DNA of 64,000 nt from assembly GCA_977020255.1 (NCBI GenBank), contig CDROCS010005958.1, forward strand, positions 1 to 64,000, in the 5' to 3' direction. The notes below the pieces were generated by a model. It was not told the DNA's origin, did no database searches, and saw only the letters and a list, made by a program, of their open reading frames with translations. Below are positions 60,304-64,000 of the stretch, one piece after another; within the stretch, counting starts at the first letter, position 1, and each line of letters begins with the position of its first letter. The position numbers were made by a program, and so were the translations under genes. This DNA comes from Obrimoposthia wandeli (lineage: Eukaryota).

Positions 60304-61736
60304 TGAAATTAATGGTTAGCAAGGTAATACCATTATCCTTAGTACTCACTCTTGGTGGATGTGCTAATTTATCGCCTGACTTTACATTACCCGACTCTGT
60401 GATCACTAAAACGATGAGTGGCAAGGTGAGCGCAAAACCAGAATCGGTCAAGTTAGAGGCTTGGAAAGACTTTTTTCCAAACCCAAATACAAGAGAGTTC
60501 ATCACGCTTGCGCTTGAACATAACAGAGACTTGCGTATCAGTGCTGCAAATGTGGCAGAAGCACAAGGGATGTTTCAAATACAGCGGCGCAATCGCCTCC
60601 CTAATATTAATGCCGGGGGGAGTAATTCAGTTACAGGTCACTCTAAGAGCTTAACAGGCAATGATAATACCAGCAGGAGCTATTCAGCGAATGTCGGTTT
60701 AACGAGTTATGAGATTGACTTTTGGGGCAGAGTTCGCGATTTAAGTGACGCAGCTTTAGCCAGTTACTTTTCAACTTTAGAAGCGCAGCGCTCTAGTAAA
60801 CTCAGTGTGATCTCAAGTACGGCAAGTGCTTATACCAATTGGCGGGTTGCAGGTGAAAAGCTTGAGTTAGCGGAGCAGACTTTAAAAGGTCGTGAAAAAT
60901 CCTATGATTTAATCGAACTAAGAGAGTCTGTCGGCATTGCATCAGCGCTTGATTTAGCCCAAGCAGAAGTAGCTAAGGTAACCATAGAAGCCCAGAAAGC
61001 GCAGAGTCAAAGAGCCCTAAGCGATGCAAAGGCTGCGCTCGAATTGTTAGTAGGTACGTCGATTAACGAAGTAGTAGCAAATCAAACTTCAGCCCCTAAT
61101 GAATCGCTCGATTTTGATATACCTGATAACCTAAGCTCACAACTAATATTATCAAGGCCTGATATTATAGCGGCTGAAGAACGTTTACGATCTGCTAATG
61201 CTAATATTGGAGCGGCTCGAGCTGCTTTTTTACCGAGTGTCTCGTTAACTAGCAATGTAGGTTTTGCAAGTGGAGATCTTAGCAGTTTATTTAAGTCGGG
61301 CTCACGCACTTGGTCGTTTATCCCTTCTATCTCAATTCCTTTATTTGGTAATGCCAATAAAGCAAATTTAGATGTGGCTATTGCCAGAAAAGAAAAAAGT
61401 GTAGCTGAATATGAAAAAGCGATTCAACAAGCCTTTTCCGAAGTATATACAAACTTTTTAGGTAGAGAGGCTAGAGGCAGGGAAATTGATGCAAACCAGC
61501 GGCTTGTCAAAGCCCAAAATAAACGGTTATCACTTGCCACGGCGCGTTATGATGCGGGGCTTTCAAGTTATATAGAAGTGTTGGATGCACAGCAAAATTT
61601 ATTTAGTGCGCAACAATCACTACTTGAATCCGAGCGTGGAGAAACACAGTCTATTATTGAGTTGTACCGAGCCTTAGGTGGTGGAGATGAGTTACAAGGC
61701 AGTTACCGCTCTAGATTAGCGCCTCGTAAGCCTTAA
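60303..61736 (+). CDS. Efflux outer-membrane lipoprotein (OprM/NodT family)
   Basis: Lipobox LGGC, NRDLR, YEIDFWGR, RPDIIAAE, ARAAFLPSVSL and YRALGGG. Confidence 0.93.
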   Translation: MKLMVSKVIPLSLVLTLGGCANLSPDFTLPDSVITKTMSGKVSAKPESVKLEAWKDFFPNPNTREFITLALEHNRDLRISAANVAEAQGMFQIQRRNRLPNINAGGSNSVTGHSKSLTGNDNTSRSYSANVGLTSYEIDFWGRVRDLSDAALASYFSTLEAQRSSKLSVISSTASAYTNWRVAGEKLELAEQTLKGREKSYDLIELRESVGIASALDLAQAEVAKVTIEAQKAQSQRALSDAKAALELLVGTSINEVVANQTSAPNESLDFDIPDNLSSQLILSRPDIIAAEERLRSANANIGAARAAFLPSVSLTSNVGFASGDLSSLFKSGSRTWSFIPSISIPLFGNANKANLDVAIARKEKSVAEYEKAIQQAFSEVYTNFLGREARGREIDANQRLVKAQNKRLSLATARYDAGLSSYIEVLDAQQNLFSAQQSLLESERGETQSIIELYRALGGGDELQGSYRSRLAPRKP

Positions 61737-61758
61737 ACGTATGAAAAGCCTAAACGGG

Positions 61759-61783
61759 TCAATAGGCATTAAAAGCCTATTGA
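61759..61783. terminator. Hairpin ending the RND operon
   Basis: TCAATAGGC-attaaaa-GCCTATTGA, a 9-bp perfect stem 22 bp after the stop. Confidence 0.55.
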
Positions 61784-61984
61784 ACAAAACTCTGGGTAAG
61801 CTTTCTTTTCTCGCTTAATTTTGCATGAATTAATATAAAAGCAAAACTAGAAGACTTTGCTTGATGTATCAAAATAGGATGAGAGGGAAAAACTCTTCAT
61901 TATACTGATTTCAAACTGTTGTAAGTGGAGCCAAATATTAACTTTATATAAGAAACACTCTACTTAATAGGTGATTATCTATAT

Positions 61985-62806
61985 GTGGCACACTGCTATA
62001 TGAACAAAGCGACACTAAAACCTCAATGGTTGCTCTATATTATATTTACAATAACTATCACTTTTTCTGTAAACCTATGCGCATCAATAGTGGAAGATAA
62101 AACGATAACGATTGGGTATTTTTCTTTACCCCCACATGTAATTATTGGCTCTGATGATGAGCATCCAACAGGTGCCGCTGTAGAATATTTTAATCAAGAA
62201 ATAGCTAAACGACTAAATGTCAAAATAAAGTGGCTACGCCAACCATTGACTCGGTCACTAAAGTCGATGAAAGAAGGTGAGATTGATGCAGTGATCTCAC
62301 TTGGGAAAAATGACGAAAGAGCAAAATATTTACTTTATCCTACACATCCGTACCATTATATAAGAGCGGGGATGATCGTCCTTAGTGAAGACCCCCTAAA
62401 TGAAATTAAGAGTGTTGATAATATTCTGGATCGTAAAATTCTGATAATTAAAGGATGGTTACAATCTAAATTTGTGGTTAAAAATCGAGAGTCGCTGCAG
62501 CTAGAATATATTTATGGAGACAATACAGCGCGCCGGTTAGCTTCTATGCTGCTTAAAAAGCGTTTTACAATGGCTTATTCTCCAATCGTTTCTACGATTC
62601 TTTATAACTTTAAAGTAATGAATAAAAGCGGACGAGTAAGAGTGCTTTCATTACCAAACGAAGGTTTGTATTCCTCGGGCTTATACACTGTTTTTTCTTC
62701 TGTTAGTGGTAAAAACCTCGCGATTGAATATGAAAAAATAACTGCGCAGCTTAACCAAAATGCTGGTTTGCTCTATCAGAAATACCTCGCTAAATATATT
62801 GATTAA
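61985..62806 (+). CDS. Stand-alone periplasmic substrate-binding protein (family 3-like)
   Basis: Signal-like N-terminus; LPPH, PLTRSLKSMKEGEIDAV and ERAKYLLYP pattern. Confidence 0.7.
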   Translation: MAHCYMNKATLKPQWLLYIIFTITITFSVNLCASIVEDKTITIGYFSLPPHVIIGSDDEHPTGAAVEYFNQEIAKRLNVKIKWLRQPLTRSLKSMKEGEIDAVISLGKNDERAKYLLYPTHPYHYIRAGMIVLSEDPLNEIKSVDNILDRKILIIKGWLQSKFVVKNRESLQLEYIYGDNTARRLASMLLKKRFTMAYSPIVSTILYNFKVMNKSGRVRVLSLPNEGLYSSGLYTVFSSVSGKNLAIEYEKITAQLNQNAGLLYQKYLAKYID

Positions 62807-63028
62807 TATTAGTTTTTGGATTGGTTGCCAGTACGCTTATGACTCATTTTAAGGCACCTAATTTCAAAGCCGACATTTTGTAACCTACCAATGCTAGATT
62901 GACTGATACCTTTAAAAATCTTCGGGGAAAGCACTCGCGTTATGCTTGAATTGATCTCGTGAAGCACCGTTTATCTAGGGACTTTTGGTGCTAATAAGTT
63001 TACACCTCAAAGAGAGGAGTTTCCCGCT

Positions 63029-63055
63029 GATGATTTAAGCTACGGCTAATTTATC
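63029..63055 (-). repeat. REP-like 27-bp palindrome, copy 8 (reverse orientation; start of a ~100-bp shared module)
   Basis: Reverse complement reads GATAAATTAGCC-GTA-GCTTAAATCATC. Confidence 0.7.
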
Positions 63056-63280
63056 TCTATTAAAGAGGCATTCTTAAAATGACAGTGCTTGATAATACAG
63101 CAATAAAAATGCTTTAAATTAAATAATTTCTCCCTAGCTGATCTTAAGATGCAATGCTAATATGAGCTATCTATTGTCTTACATACAAACTAAATGCAAT
63201 TAACAGTTACTCAGTTTAATAACTAATAAAATATTAGTACTATTTAAGCTAGGGCGGCGCCATCAGCAAAGGATTATTTA

Positions 63281-64000
63281 ATGACAACAATACATTGGGT
63301 CGGTACTGGCCTATCTGCTATTCCAGGACTTAGACGTTTAATTAACCTCGATTATCAGGTAAAAGTGTATAACCGCTCAGTTGATAAAGCACAACAAGCG
63401 GTAGGGGATTTAAATGTAGAAATCATTAAGTTTGATATCGATACATTCTCTGACAACTTAGCAGCAGCCGATGTGGTTGTATCTATGCTTCCTGGCGATT
63501 TTCATGTGCCATTAGCTGAGATTTGTTTACAAAAAAATGCACACTTTGTCTCTAGCTCATATATTTCGGATCCAATGAGAGCGCTCAATGATCGAGCTAA
63601 AGCTGCTAATTTGTGCTTAGTTAATGAGGTGGGTTTAGATCCTGGATTAGATCACAGTATGGCGCATGCCCTTATTGACAGTTATAAAGAATCAGCAGCA
63701 TTTGACAAAGAGAATAGTCATTCATTTACCAGCTATTGTGGCGGTTTAAGTGAAGTTGCAAATGATTTTTGCTATAAGTTTAGCTGGTCACCTGCCGGCG
63801 TTTTAAAAGCACTTAAAAGTACTTCAGTTAGTATTCTTAATGGGCAAGAATACACCGTCACTCAACCTTGGAATGCGGTTGATGACTTTCCTATGACAAT
63901 GCCTTGGGGTAGCGAAACATTTGAGGTATATCCTAATCGTGATTCGCGACCGTTTATTGCTCAATACCACATGGAAGATGGCTGGAATATCAAACAGTTT
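63281..64000 (+). CDS. Saccharopine dehydrogenase family protein, 3'-truncated by the window edge (absent from the ORF track)
   Basis: Hand translation from ATG 63281: MTTIHWVGTGLSAIPG...VVSMLP..FH...FVSSSY...NEVGLDPGLDH...SYCGGL...YKFSWSP...YPNRDS; the frame is open to the window end. Confidence 0.88.
   Translation, partial: MTTIHWVGTGLSAIPGLRRLINLDYQVKVYNRSVDKAQQAVGDLNVEIIKFDIDTFSDNLAAADVVVSMLPGDFHVPLAEICLQKNAHFVSSSYISDPMRALNDRAKAANLCLVNEVGLDPGLDHSMAHALIDSYKESAAFDKENSHSFTSYCGGLSEVANDFCYKFSWSPAGVLKALKSTSVSILNGQEYTVTQPWNAVDDFPMTMPWGSETFEVYPNRDSRPFIAQYHMEDGWNIKQF

Noticed and set aside
208-61357. Many 60-160-aa ORFs in the track that lie antisense to or inside larger genes (for example 15580..15921, 35129..35578, 42192..42635, 59712..60185)
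   Set aside because: They are shadows of well-supported genes, with no family motifs or RBS support.
62820-63280. Lysine riboswitch upstream of the saccharopine dehydrogenase
   Set aside because: Only an AGAGG is present, with no recognisable L-box architecture; much of the gap is the repeat module and AT-rich DNA.
1-64000. tRNA, rRNA, transposase, integrase or prophage genes
   Set aside because: No TpsiC-arm or cloverleaf signatures, rRNA motifs or mobile-element protein motifs were recognised by eye; a tRNAscan/Infernal run would be needed to exclude them formally.

Overview
A 64-kb chromosomal segment of an AT-rich gammaproteobacterium, probably marine. The co-oriented methyltransferase-rnhA-dnaQ block and edd-glk linkage suggest a Pseudomonadales/Oceanospirillales-like lineage (inference only). 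I see no rRNA, tRNA, CRISPR array, transposase or prophage. Housekeeping and common genes include edd, glk, rluF, a MoxR/vWA pair, eptA with a two-component system, an LpxR-type deacylase, dsdA, rnhA, dnaQ, a RecQ-like helicase, an RND efflux operon and a partial saccharopine dehydrogenase. Five things stand out. (1) A short phage-type PRPP-synthetase homolog plus a Nampt homolog, preceded by an NrtR box and followed by nrtR, with no NMN adenylyltransferase nearby; this could be a chromosomal NARP1-like (ADP-ribose to NAD+) route. (2) An Lrp / polar-amino-acid ABC transporter / sarcosine-oxidase-like soxB-soxD-(soxA-soxG fusion)-dapF locus next to dsdA, substrate unknown. (3) A LysR-linked cluster of beta-hydroxyacid dehydrogenase, ALDH, C-terminally truncated CysE, VOC and M20 genes. 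(4) A 157-bp TG...CA MITE-like palindromic element with a CTAA direct repeat and a second one-ended copy. (5) A dispersed 27-bp REP-like palindrome family with 8 full copies, some inside longer shared modules. Product calls come from motif recognition in the supplied translations; no database searches were run.
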